DNA of 64,000 bases. It comes from Guillardia theta CCMP2712 (Eukaryota > Protista > Cryptophyta). The translations under genes were made by a program, and so were the position numbers. The stretch covers positions 4,852 through 68,851 of the forward strand of contig NW_005434668.1 of the NCBI RefSeq assembly GCF_000315625.1. The letters are read 5' to 3'. Shown in pieces: positions 23,859 through 37,006 of the stretch. Every line of letters begins with the position of its first letter. Positions within the stretch are counted from its first letter, which is position 1. The notes beneath the pieces are model-generated. The model did no database searches. It saw only the letters and a list, made by a program, of their open reading frames with translations, and was not told where the DNA came from.

Positions 23859-26800
23859 GAAACGAGCAGGAGAAGGGGCAAGAGAAGGAGCGGGAGCGGG
23901 AGGAGGAGCAGGAGAGAGTGAAGCAAGTCGAGGAGAGAAGAAGTGGATAAGGAGAAGACGAGAGATGGGCAATCAAAGGGGAAGAGGAAAAGATGGGAAA
24001 GAAGAGAGGTTGGGGAGGGGGGAGGGAGAACGTTTAGCAACAGACCAAAGCGCAGATAGAGCAGATAGAGGAGCCGGTGCTGGAGGAGAAATTTCCGTCC
24101 TGGCATGGGAAACATTGAGACGTTGAACTCTTCCTGCCGTCCTTGCTGTAGTATCCTTTTGGGCAGAAAGACTCGCAGCTGGTCTGATCGATTGCCCCTG
24201 GAAACCTGCGCATTCTTGTGAGAATATTCTGTGCTGCTGCTCCTGTTTGTTTCTCCTCTCCTCTCCTCTCCTCTCCTCTCCTCTCCTCTCCTCTCCTCTC
24301 CTCTCCTCTCCTCTCCTCTCCTCTCCTCTCCTCTCCTCTCCTCTCCTCTCCTCTCCTCTCCTCTCCTCTCCTCTCCTCTCCTCTCCTCTCCTCTCCTCAC
24401 CCTTCCCGCATCACAATTCTTTTTCAAACCTTCTCTCCTTTCCCAACCTCCCCTTCCTCTCATTCTCTTCTCTCAATTCCACTTCTTCCCCAGCCTCTGT
24501 TCTCACCTTGTCGACAGCGTGACAGGCGTGTAGTTCCCTTGCAGCGAGTATGAGGTGCCGCAGACGTCGGTGGAGCTGGCGAGCACGGTGCAGTCGTTGG
24601 GGCCTGAGGGAGGGACGTCGGAGAAGATGCCGAGGAACGAGGAGAGGGAGGAGTTGGAGAGGAGCAACTGGAAGCCTCTGACGTTCAAGTCCATCCGCAC
24701 CCTCAGCGAGATCTTCTCGATGGCAGGAGAGGCGTCGGCAAAGGAGAGGGTGACAACTCCGAAGATGTTCTCCTGGTCTCTCAGAGCTCTATTCATCACT
24801 TCCTCCACGTCCTTCAGCGTCTGCGCCTCCGCGTTGTAGGGAACCGTAATCACTCCCTGCCTGCATGATGACCCACCGGCTCCACATCGCTGGTAGGGGA
24901 GGAGGACGGCGTCCTCGAAGCGAAAGTTACAAGGCTCGCACGTATCTCTCTTGGCGCTCGTCACGAAGTTGACTGGGCAGTTGATGCAAACGCTTCCTCC
25001 CGCTGACTTCTGGTACTTTCCTGCTCCTCCTGTATTAGCTCCTCCTCCTCCTCCTCCTTCTCCTCTCCGCGTGATTCTCCAAACTTCCCTCTCCTTGTTC
25101 CCTTCTCATTCCCGGCTCTCCTCCCTCTCTCCTTCACCTTCCCTCACCCTCCTCTCCTCTTCCATCCTCTTATCCCTGCCCCTCTCCTCTTCCTCACCTT
25201 CCGCACAGAGCTGGCAAGTGCTAGCAGCGTCGTTGCTGACTTTTCCTTGCTCGCATTGGAAGCATGCGGTTGCTGCTAATGACGAGAAGGTCCCGGCACT
25301 ATTGCAAGAGATCAACGAAAGAGAGGGGGGAAGGAGCTTCGAGAAGGAAAGGAACAGAAGGAGATTTGGGGAATGAGATAGCTGGGGAGTTTAGGAGGGA
25401 AAGAGAGGAGAGGACAAGACGGGGAAGCAGCAAGGAGCGAGCAGGGAGTAGATGTGAGGAAGAGACCTGCACTGTTCGCAGCTGGTCGATCCGTTTGTTC
25501 CAGCATAGTATCCAGCTGGGCAGTCGACACAAAGTTCTGACTTCACGCCGTAAGCGTTGAACTTCCCAGCTTCGCACACGGCGAAACATTTCCTGGCGTC
25601 GTCATGCATCTCGGGGAGGGCAGGAAGGGCCGAGTGCTTGTCCTGTGTCGTCGTTCCAGCTGGGCATGACGCACATACATCACTGCCGAACTCTGACGTG
25701 AACAGCCCAGCAGCGCACAGCATGCACATATCCTGCCCAGCTGCTGCGCTGAAGGTGCCGGGCACGCAGTTGTCGCAGCTGGTCGAGGCGTTTCTGACGG
25801 CAGCAGAGCCGGGGGAGCACTTGGAGCAGAGGATGGTGCCTGTGGAGTTGGCGAACGAGCCGGGAGAGCACGCAGAGCAAGCTGAGCTCCTGCTGGAGTT
25901 TGCGAAGAAGCCAGCAGAGCATGGGGTACATTCTCCAGCTGCGATGAGACTGTAGCTTCCAGGGGCGCATGCTGAGCAGTTGGTAGACCCAAACAAGCTG
26001 AAAGTGCCTGGATCGCAGGAGGAGCAGGAGGAAGCGTTGAACAGATCGTTGAAGCTCCCGGGCTCGCACAGCAGGCAGACCGTCTGGTTCGTCAGGTTGG
26101 TGAAGGAGCCTGGGGGGCACCTGGAGCAGAGCTGTGTCTGTGCGATCGGGGAGTACGTGCCGATGGCACAGAAGATACAAGAGGTTGCCTCCTGCCTTGA
26201 GTAACTTCCTGCTGGGCAGCTGCTGCAGATGCTAGCACCCTCCCCAGAGAAGAAGCCTGGGATGCAGCTGGAGCACGAGCTGGACTGGTTGGCGGACTGA
26301 TACTTGCCAGGTAGACATAGCGAGCAGTTGCGCTGCCCAGCTAGACTCGAGCTGCCTGACAAGCAGATAGCGCAGGCACTGAACCCGACGTCGGAATACT
26401 TCCCAGCTGGGCAGGTCAAGCAGAAGGACCTGCCTGAGATGTTCATGTACTTGCCGGCATCGCAGGGCAAGCAGAAGCCCTGCTGATAGGTTAGCTGGAG
26501 GATGGAGGAGGCGAGAGAAACGATGACCAGACAGGGGGATCAACGATTGAGAGACTGAGGTAGGAGGAAGCAACAAGACAGGAGAAAGCGAGATGGAAGG
26601 AGAGAGAGGGAGAGAGGGAGAGAGGGAGAGAGGAGGGCAAGGAGCAAGCGAGGGAGGGCAGGGAGGAAGCGAGGGAAGGGAGGGGAGCGAGGGGAGAGAC
26701 AGAGAGGGGAGGGGAGAAAGGGAATCATGACAGTAGGGAGGTGAAACTTACGCTGCCAGCCAGGGAGAACGAGCCGGGAGAGCAGGCAAGGCAAACACTC

Positions 26801-27201
26801 GCGTTGCCACTACCATACTTGCCGGCCACGCAGATTTGGCAGAAGGTGGAGAGAGACTGGTCGGAATACTCGCCAGGCTGAAAGAAGAATGTAAACAAAA
26901 CAACCAGGCATATGAGGCGAAAACAGGCGCGAAGGAAACGAGAAAACAAAGTGGATGTGTAACAAGCAAGAAGTCGGGAAAGATAGATAAAGACTAACAA
27001 TGATAGGATGAGAAATCATGCGATTGAAGGAGGTCGTTTAAAATATATGATCATAATTGAAGGACTGCAGTTCACAGCGATCTTTGAACACGGAAGACAC
27101 AAGAAGGTATTGCAGGCACCATAAGTCAGATGATGTCAATAACACGTCTTGTTCGTTTACAAGGAACAATCATCATCATCATCATCATTATCATCATCAT
27201 T

Positions 27202-27232
<31 letters not shown>

Positions 27233-28550
27233 CTGTTAGGGCGTCAGAAGTCCCACCGGACAACTTGTGCAGATGCTAGCGTTCCCTGTAGAGAAATATC
27301 CTGGCTTGCAGTCTCGACAGACTGACAAATCGAAATCAGCGCGAGTCAAGAATAGAACGGAAAGGGAGAAGAAGGAGGTAGTGTTGGTGATGGAGGTAAC
27401 GAAGAAAACATAGCAAGCGAAGAAAGAACAATCGAACATGAGAAGAGGAAAGGAGGAGGGGAGGAGAGGGAGGAGTTATGAAAACCTGTAGCTCCTCCTC
27501 CACTGCTGAATCGATCATTGGAACCATACTTGCCTGGTACGTAGCCAACTCAGAACGTGCTCCTCCTTTCCCTCGCTTCTCTATCCTGTCCGTCTTCTCT
27601 CTCCTTACCTTCTTTCCTCCACCCTCCATGCTCCTTCCTCTCCCGTCTTTCCTCTCCCTCCCCTCCCACCTCCCTCTCCCTCCTCCCTCTCCCTCCTCTC
27701 CCTCCTCCCTCGCACCTTGGGGGCATCCTCTGCAATTTTGAAAGCTGAAGTCACCGACCGGCGCCTTGTCGCCGAAACTTCCTGAAGGCAAAATGAGCAA
27801 GCGAGTTGGAAACTAGAGATGAAGAAGAGCGGTGAAGGTGAAGTAGCAGAGAGGAGAGAGGAAGAGGAGAGGGGAGAGAGGAGAGGGGAGAGAGGAGGAG
27901 AGTGGAGAGAGACAAAGGAAGACAGAAGAGAACGAGGAGAGGAGGAAAAGGAGGAGAGAGAAGTAAGAAGAGAGGGGAAGGAGAATTGACCTGCAGGACA
28001 TAGAACTTTACAGCTGTCTATGCTTGTTGCAAGGGTGTCTGAGCTGGTTTGCTGTGGGTCAAAATGTCAGAAACGAGTCATACCTGACGCACAAACACTA
28101 CAATCATCTCTCCTCCTGCCTCCTTTCCTCCACTCCTTCTCCCTCCTCTCCTTCTCCCTCCCCTCCTTCTCTCTCCTCCCGCTTAACCGTGACTCACCGT
28201 GTTGTTTGGACAAGCCTTGCATGAAGTCTGTCCTAGCTGGTCCTGGTACGTGTTGGCCGGGCAGACGCTGCACACATGCGTCGAGTTCTGACCAGCCGTC
28301 AGGCCCAGCTCCCGCAAACTTGTAAAACTTGTTCCTCACCGTGTCCGTGTATTTTCCCAGCTCACAGACGGTACAGTACTCGCTGGCATAGTAGGGCGCT
28401 TGCTTGCCTACTGGGCACTGCAAGAGGTTTAGTTCAGGGAGTGCCAGAGAAGATAAGGAAAGGAAATTAGAAGGAGAGGAGGAAATGAAAGAGAAGGATT
28501 CATGATAATGATATAAAATTGATCAAGATGATGATCAAGGACAGTAGGAA

Positions 28551-28602
<52 letters not shown>

Positions 28603-31600
28603 ATACCTGAGTGCAGTATGTAGCAGAAATTTGGCTGGTCTCTCCGGGGTAACAGAAGGTGCAGTTGGAGGAGTTGAGCAAGTCGCTGTATGTGCCACGT
28701 GGACAGTCGTGGCAAGTTGACGCGCCGGCCATGGTGTACCCACCAGCCGAGCAGCGGGTGCAGGCGGTGGAGCTGAAACCTGGAGCTGAAGTTCCAGCTG
28801 GGCAAAGCTCACAGTGGAGGACGACGGGCACGCGAGACTTGAGGCCGCGGACGGAGTCAGGTTGGACGTAACTCTGGTCGGGGGAGAACAGAAAAATTTC
28901 GAGGGTCCCGCGCTTGTCGTTGAAGGAGCCGGGCTCACACCGCTGGCATGGCGACCGGCGGTCGTTGGAGTAGTTGCCGGGAGGGCAGAGGTCACGGTAG
29001 AGCTGGAGAAAGCTGTGCCGGGCCGTGTTCCCCGTAGCCAAGTCGATGAACTTCTCTGTGCCGTCCCCGTAGGAGCTGGGAGGAGCTGCCTCCACGAGGT
29101 AGTTGGGGTTGCCCGTCAGCAAGTTGCCCGTCTTGTGCAGCAGCTGCCCGTACACGTTCGACCCGAAGGTCCAGACCTGCCCGTCCTCGGTCTGGACGAT
29201 GCTGTGATCGCTACCTGCCACTAGTGCTCGGACGCGACTGCGGTCAAAGGGGCAGAGGTCGCAGGTGCCAGCGAAGGGAGCGGAGGAGAAGCAGCAGGAA
29301 AGGACCTCCACGTACTTCCCGTGCACATAGTCGTAGGTCGCGCCGACGGTGTAGGGGAAGGAGTCGGGGTAGGGGTAGGGGCTGAAGAGGAGGGTGGGGT
29401 TGGGAAGGTATCCGCACTGGCCGAACCTGTTGGACCCCAGGCACCTTAAGCGATAGTCTGACATGAGCAGAAGCGTATGCGAGCCTCCAGCTGCGATGCT
29501 CTCGATCTCAGCTGGGGAGAAGTCGGTGGATGACACGGCCAGGAATGACTCGCCGATGGCCACGGGGACGGGTACCACATCGGATACCTGGTACCTCTGC
29601 TGGTAGACAGTTCGGCACGTCAGCACCTGGTCGTTCTGAACGCACAGTGACTGGTTCTCCGGCCTGCCCAGCTGCCCGAACTCGTTGGAGCCGAAGCTGA
29701 GAATCTTAGAAGCGCCGTAGGTGTCAGAGATCTTGACAAAGTTGTGCTCACTGCCGACGGCCAGGAAGTTGATGAGGAAGGGACTGTCCGGCGACTCCAG
29801 CGGCACTCGCGTCGGCTGCGGGTTTGGCCCAGTAGATCCCCAGCCGACCTTGTGCCCGAGCTGACCGAACTGGTTGGAGCCGAAAGAGTAGAGCTCGCCA
29901 GAGGCAGTGAGGACGACGGAATGAGAGTCCCCGGCCTGGAAGTCTCTCACCTTGGACCCTCCCTGCACCTCGTCGAACTCGGGGATGAGCAACGGGAGGA
30001 AGTTGGGAGAGGAGGAGCCTGAGTTGATGTCAAGACCCAGCTGACCGTTGAGGTTTGACCCGAAGGACCACAGGCGGCTCAAGTTCGTCTGCAGGTCCGT
30101 GGACTTGACAAGCGAGTGGGTCCTGCCCAGCACAACCTCCAGCGGCTCCTGTACTGGGAACCTGTAGGTCTGCTGGTAGGGGTACACGAGCCCCCCGTCT
30201 ACTGTGAAGTAGCAACGGGAGGAGGCGTTGAGGGTCAAGAAGGAGGAGGAGGAGGCGTTCAAGTCGCTGGGATACAGGCCAGGTTCGAACCCAAGGAACG
30301 AGCTCACGCTCGAAGCCTCTGTGAAGTCCACCTGGACCCGAGCTGACAAGAGCGTCAGCTGGACTTTGCCATCGAAAAGACTCCACTTGAACAGCACGCC
30401 GTCCCCGTTGCTGACCGACGCGTCTTCGACCTGAGCTGAGAACCTGCTGAGAGAGTAGACGTCGTCCTCGAGAACAATCCTGACGGTCTTGGACGAGTTG
30501 CAGCTGGGCACGTCGCTGCACCACAGGACGTACTTGAAGACGTTGTTGCCAGCTGCCTTGCTGATTTCTCCGACTGTCCCCGTGCTGGGGATGCGAAGGG
30601 AGGAGAGTGCAAGGTTGATACCGACGGTGAGGTTGGAGGAAAAGTCAGCCTGGTAGCCCGGCAAGTTCACCTTGAACGTCAAGTGATCGCCATTGAAGTT
30701 CGACTCGATTCCAAAGATGTTTGCGGGGTGTCCGTAGGTGAGGGAGGCAGCAGAGTTGATGGTCTCGAGGATGGTGAAGGGGTCCTGGAGGCCCTCGGGG
30801 ATGGTGATGGTGAAGGAGACGCGGGTGAGAGTCTGCGGGTCCCAGCGGGAGTAGCCGAAGTGATCGTTGCTGCCCTTCACCACCCGGTTACCCCAGGGGA
30901 TGCTCGAGAACAAGTACCGCGGGATCCGGCGCGGGCTCGTGTTGGGGGTGTCGATGCCCACGTTGAGCTGAGAGCCCAGCTGGCCGTAGATGTTGGAGCC
31001 GAAGGCCCACAGAGAGACGGCGATGGGGGAGGAGGGGCTGGCCCGCGCAGTCTGGATGATGGAGTGCGTGCCGGACGCAAACATACCTGACGCTTCCTCG
31101 TTGCCAAGATCAGAGCAGAGCAAAGGGATGGGCGAGAAGAGACTCTGAGACGCCTGGTACCCCGTCCCCGCCCACTCCTTCGACTGCCCATAGTAGTTGT
31201 CGCCAGCTGCAAACGCCAGGTACGCCCCCAAGCCCTTCACGCTCCCTGTGCAGACTGACCCGTTGTAGTACCGGCAGTCGCTGCTCCTCGTCGCCCCTTC
31301 CCGCACAGTTCGCATCCCCTCCTCCAGCGACGAGCAGGTGGTGCAGACCGTCTGCGAGGTGTTGGCGTTCCACGTGTCTCGAGGGCAGAGCAAGCAGAAG
31401 GTCGCACCTTCTGAGCTCGAGTAAGACCCAGCAGGACAGGGCGAGCACTGTGACTTCCTCTGGAACGGGTTGAACTTCCCAGCTGGACATCTCTCGCAAG
31501 GCGCAGAGGAAGCGTTGAGTCCGTTGTACGACCCGAAGTAGCCAGCAGGGCAGTAGGGCAGGCAGTCGGATACGTCAGCTGTAATCTCCGACGCTGTCTG

Positions 31601-34600
31601 GGTGTCGGGGGGGCAGGAAATGCAGGAGGAGTTGCCAGCCTTGGAGTACCTTCCAGACCCGCACGGGGTGCAGACTCTGGAGCCCAGCTGGTCTGAGAAT
31701 GTTCCAGCTGGGCAGTCTGAGCAGACCTCGGTTCCTTCTGTGTTTGCAAACTTCCCCTTAGGGCAGAGGGAGCAGGAGGAGGTTCCAGACTCGGACTGTG
31801 ATGAGCCTGATGGGCAGAGTTGACAGGATGAGCTGCCAGGGACTTGGCTGTAAGCTCCCGGGGAGCAGGAGAAGCAGAAAGAGGCTCTGGTGATGTTGGA
31901 GAACTGACCGGCTGGACAGGAAGAGCAAGTCTCGTTGCTCCTCTCCGACAGCCCGGCCCGCCCGTACTGTCCTTTGAGGCAGATCAAGAGACAGTCGACG
32001 ATGCTGCTCGTCTTGTTGGGCAGCGTTGAAGTCCCGGAGGGGCACGGGGAGCAAATCGCCGTCGAGCCGTTGGAGTACGTCGCTTCAGCACATGCTGAGC
32101 AGGACGTGGACCCTGCTGGGGCTGCTGAGCCCGGCAGGCAATGCTCGCATGCCGTGGAGGCGTTGGCAGCGCTGTAGGTGCCCGCTGGGCAGAACTGACA
32201 GGAGGAGCTGAAATTAAAGCTGGTGAAGTAGCCGGGAGAGCAAGGGATCTCAGCGACCGCCGCGTCGGGGCAGTAAAATCCTGGTTGGCAAACAGAGCAT
32301 GAAGTCGTTCCCAGCTCATCCGAAAAAGTTCCAGCTGGACAAGATGTACAGGCCAGCTGGGAGTGCTGATCGTTGTAGTAGCCGAGGGGGCAGAGGAGAC
32401 AGAGGCTGGAGTTGGTCTGCGACTGGAAGCTGCCGGGCTCGCACGAAGCACATTCAGCTGCCCCCGTCCTGTTGGCGAACTTCCCGGCAACACAAGGAGA
32501 GCACAAAGTGGCTCCTGCACCTGCGAAGTATCCAGCTGGGCAAGAGGTGCATGACGAGGCCATGCTGCTGGAGGAGTAGGTGCCGGGATGACAAGCCTGA
32601 CAGTCGACGGCTCCGTAGCCTCGACGCCCTCCGCCGCAAGCACAACAGGCCTCCGTAGCAGAAAGGTCAGCAGTCAAGTTGAGCTGACTACAGAGGGAGA
32701 CATTGGAGATGTTGCTGCAGGTGAAGGAGGCGTTGAGCGATGACGTGTCAGTGTCAAGGCACGTCGGGCCAAAGCCAAACGATCCCGGGCGGCACTCAAG
32801 GCACTGCTGGGGCCATCCTGACGTCCCGTTGGAGGAAGAAGCCGTCCCGGGCTCGCAGGGCACGCAGTTCTCGATGGAGCCGTTGATGCTCCTCGTCCCC
32901 TGAGCGCAGAGGGCCAGGCAAAAGCTGACACTCGCCGCCCCTGACGTCTGTGTTGTGAGACCTGCTGGGCACGTGTAGCAGGCCGTCTGCTGGGTGTCAT
33001 TCCCGTAGCTGCCAGCTGGACAAGGAACGCACTCCACCTGCCCCTCCTTGTCCTGGTATCTCCCCGAAGGACAGGCAGCGCAAGACACGTTCCCCTGCTC
33101 CTCCACTCCGAACTTGCCGACGGGACAAGCTTCGCATAAGGTTCGATTCTCAGATGAAGTCTTGCCGACCTGGCAGGATGTGCAGGAACTTTGTCTGGGC
33201 CCTGAAATCTTCCCATCCTCGCACACCCGGCACGGAACCAGCCCGCTCACCCCGTAGGTCCCAGCGGCACAGAGCAGCAGGCAAGAGGAGCTCACCGACT
33301 TGCCGGGAGAGTCTGTGCCGAAGCCAGGAGGACAGGAGGAGCAGGAGGAGGCGCCGGAGACGTTGGCGAAGGAGTCAGCAGGACACTCTTGGCAAGAGAG
33401 AGATCGAGTGGTGTTGGTGAACTTTCCGGGTTCGCAGGAGGAGCAGGTGCCGTTCTCAGCCAGCCCGTAGGGCCCGTACTCCCCAACAGAACAAATCCTC
33501 AAGCACTGCTCCGGAGACGTGGAGGAGTTGAACGCCGTGCTGTAGTTTGCGGGGCATGCAAGGCAAGAGCTGGACCCGTTCAAGGGTTGGTACGTTGAGA
33601 TTGGACAAACTTTGCAGGCCTTCAAGTTTTGAGTGTCCGTGTACTTGCCGGGCTCGCAGGTTTGGCAAGGTACCTCGGTGCGGAATGGGCCGGCAGTGCC
33701 TTCACTGCAGGATACGGTACAGTCAAGCTCTGAGATCGTGCCCTCGGACAGCGTTCGAGGAAGGTTGGAGGGGCAGAGGGAGCAGAAAGACGCTCCCTCA
33801 ACATCGCTATAGGACCCTGTGGGGCAGGGCAGACACAGAGCAGCCCCTGCTGCTGAGAAGTAGCCCAAGGAACAATTGTCGCAGCTTCTGGCTCCGATAG
33901 TGCTCGAGTGTTTGCCAGCTGGACAAGAATAGCAGGGCTGCAGGCCTGTTGGGGAGAACTTGCCGGTGCTGCAGTTGCTCAAGCTGGTGAGGAGGAAGGA
34001 GGTGAAGCTGGAGGAGAAGACTGAAACACCATCAACGACGAGCTTGCCAAGACTGTCGATGATGCTCTGAACTTGAACTTTCTGCATAAAGTTTGCGTTG
34101 AAGTTCTGCTCGAAGTTTACGTCCACCATCAGCTGCCCAAAGTAGTTTTCTCCGCCGACCCAGATGGAGCTCTCATTGTCCAGAAAGACTGAGTGGTACT
34201 GCCCACAAGCAAATGAGATAACCTTTCGCTCTCTCCCATCATCAAACTTGATCTTCGTCGGAGTATTCATCTGGTACACGTTCTGAAACAACTGCCCCCT
34301 ATACGCAAACCCCATACCATACAGCGAGTTGTTGTCTGACTTGAGCAGCAAGTGCTCGGTTCCCAACTTAATGTCCGTGAAATTGACAACATCGGAGGCG
34401 ATGGTAGTGAGCTTAGAGGAGGAGAACTTGAGAGTACCATAGATGATGAACTCTCTGCCTCTAGAGATGAAGATAGTCGACCTGGGGCCCAGAGAGTGGA
34501 AGGAAGACTGAGAGGAAGGACGGGCAAGGCGGCAGGGAAAGTAACTGAAGGTACACCCTTGTGCAGGGCCGATCTGCCCACTCGTGTTGCTTCCGAAGAG

Positions 34601-36789
34601 CCACACGTCACCGTTGCTCATAAGAAAGCTCGAGTGACTGAGTCCCGCATACACCTTGACGATCGATGACGCGCTGATGGCGGAAGGAAGTTGCGAGAGC
34701 ACGGGGATGGAAACTGGGTTTGCGCTGCCGAAACCTTGCGAAGTCCCTAGTTGACCCTCCTCGTTCAGCCCAAAGGCCCAGAGACGCTTTGAGTTGGTCT
34801 TGGAGTTTCTTGTCAGCACCAGCGAGTGCTTCCCACCGGCTGCTGCGTCAAGAACGTAGTCTCCGACCGGGCTCGTCCTTCTGCTGACCTTCGACTTGAA
34901 AAGAGGTACGTCGGAGATGTCAATTACTTGCCAGTACGGCACCTGCGAGTACTCCGCGTTCGGGGGGATCGTTGTCCCCTCCACATGCAGAACTATCGGC
35001 AGCGTTGAGCTGCGGAAGTCGACCATGAAGCGAGGGCTCACTGACACGTTAAGGGAAGAATCGTCCGGTGATGTCACCACTACAGGGCTCGAGAAGTTTG
35101 AGAGCAGCGCTCCGAGAGTCAGCTGGAAGAGTGCAATATCGTAGATGCCAGCTGGAAACGTCAAGTTGTAGTTGTGCGTTATGCCCCAGAATCTGCTGGG
35201 AGTTGCAGTCACGAAAGCATCGGCCTGAGTGCAGTTGCAGTCGAATGAGACATTGAGTTCTCGATGACTGGAGAGGGAAAGGCATGCAGACTGCAAACCC
35301 CAGCTGGATTGCGAGCAGATACAAATCCCGCCCATTGCACCGCAATATCCGCTCAAGCTGACAGCACGAAGAGAAGAGAGCAAAGGGCGAGGGTTTACGC
35401 CTCTGACAAAGCAATGACCATCGGTACCTATGCTACAAGCCCGGTCTGCAGGTTCAAACCCCAGGTAGTCCCAGATCGTGTTCGAAACCGAGAAAAGTAG
35501 ATCCTGTTGGCTACGTATCCACACGAAATTCTCCTGGTCTATATAGAACGTCAAATTTGCTTGCAATTTCGAATTGATTTTCGACGCGGTTGCTTCCAAC
35601 ATGACCACGCCGCTGTCAAGTGTCGCACAAGCCAAGCTCTGCAAGCAAAACTTATTTCCCACAGTAGAGCTGATCTGATTGGGAACCGACTGTGTCTGTG
35701 AGGATTGAAACTTATCTGAAGTCGGGATTTGGCTTTGGATGTTCAACTTTTCCAGTAAATTGATTGCCATAATTACCATTCCTGCATCTTTTTTGAGTTG
35801 AATAACTATCACCCCTAGATCTGTCGTTTGAAATTTGATCAGATCACCAATCATACTGTCTTGTGCCGCACTCTGCAATCTCGCAGCCAGCTCACTTGCC
35901 GAGTACAAACCGGGATTGATCGTCAAAGGTTTCGTCACCGCTGCATTGGCACTTGCATCCCAATAGAGAAGATTAAGTGTATTGCAAGTGTTGTCGATTT
36001 GCAACTCTGGCTTGAGGTAGGAGACACGAAGTTTGTTTCCCACCCGGGGACTAATTTCATTCAGAGCGCCCACTTGAGGGAAGCTAGAAGTAAGACCCAA
36101 CCTGCCCAAACATTCAAATGTCATATGTCATCAGTATATGTAGAGACGAACCTGTCCTTCAACACCGACGAACTTGTAACATCTATTCTGCTTCCTGACA
36201 ATCTTAGCTGCAGATCGATGGCATTTTCAGCATAATCAGGAAGGATTGAAACAGCATTCGTTGACAAGAACTCGTTGAAACGATTCTCAATGTCCTTGAG
36301 GCTCATCAAACCAGAAAAGGTGATATCCAGCCTGTTTTCACAGCTGCATGATGCGTTCCACTCGTACACGAAAGCGACGTCTGGTACCGACCCGAAGCTG
36401 TTCCCCGTCGTCGTGCTCGGAAATAGAATAGGCGAAAGATGGGTGGGGAGCGAGAGGGACGGCAGTGCGTTGAGATCCGAAGAGAGACCGAGCTGACCGA
36501 AGCGGTTGCTACCCCAGATCCATCCTGTCATGCCTGTAGCTGCGTTAGGATCTCCGTTGAGCACGATGGCATGACTGTTAAGCATGGACACAAGAATGTT
36601 TCCATCTTCTCTCAGCGTTAGGTTAACATCTGCCAGAAGGTACGAGTCCGCCGTCCCCTTTCCTGTTCCCAACTCTCCATCCCCATTGTATCCTGCTCCC
36701 CGAAGCTTTGGCGAGGCTCCGAGACCGCTGGAGAGGAGGAGAAAGACTGGCAGACAAGACAAGGCACATGGCTGGCTCCTCCGCTTCAT
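17300..36789 (-). CDS. Giant secreted mosaic protein (rough estimate over 5,000 aa): signal peptide, two RCC1 propellers with inserted beta-domains, long GCC2/GCC3 (ephrin-receptor-like) Cys-rich stalks, GGSGY-type repeats, FN2 domain
   Basis: [25 protein letters not shown] signal peptide. ORFs 36121-36825, 28535-36124, 25391-26470, 24503-24964, 21260-23671 and 19221-21413 plus small exons join via GT-AG introns. RCC1 motifs (GSNxxGQLG, AGxxHSL) and dozens of CxxCxPGxF/Y repeats. C-terminal exons are tentative. Confidence 0.8.
24253..24397 (+). repeat. (CTCCT)n pentanucleotide microsatellite in an intron of the giant gene
   Basis: About 29 perfect units. Confidence 0.95.
27170..27232 (+). 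repeat. (CAT)n microsatellite, intronic
   Basis: Direct reading of the sequence. Confidence 0.9.
28551..28600 (+). repeat. (GAGCAG)n microsatellite, intronic; a similar tract lies near 23815-23858
   Basis: Direct reading. It starts just after the GT donor that ends the 2529-aa ORF. Confidence 0.9.
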
Positions 36790-37006
36790 CCCTCCCTGTT
36801 GCTCCTGCTCTACCAGCCCAACCACCCCATGCAGCGAAACGTCACCGAGAAATGTGTGACTTTTTTTTTACAGTTTGACTTAAGGTAACGTATTCCGTAA
36901 CGGCCCGGGGTGTTTGCCACAATGACAAACTACTCAGTAGTACTGAGTACAAACACAATGGCAAACTAGTCAGGGTCAAGCCTCCTCGACTCTCATTATT
37001 GTCCTC

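Noticed and set aside
36100-36155. Apparent frameshifts between consecutive giant ORFs (also near 21312-21355)
   Set aside because: Explained by short GT-AG introns that restore the frame; not programmed frameshifting or pseudogenisation.
24620-36375. Integrated Polinton-like virus or virophage
   Set aside because: No major capsid, packaging ATPase, integrase or polymerase gene, no terminal inverted repeats and no obvious GC shift. The virus-like units are exonic parts of an intron-containing host gene.
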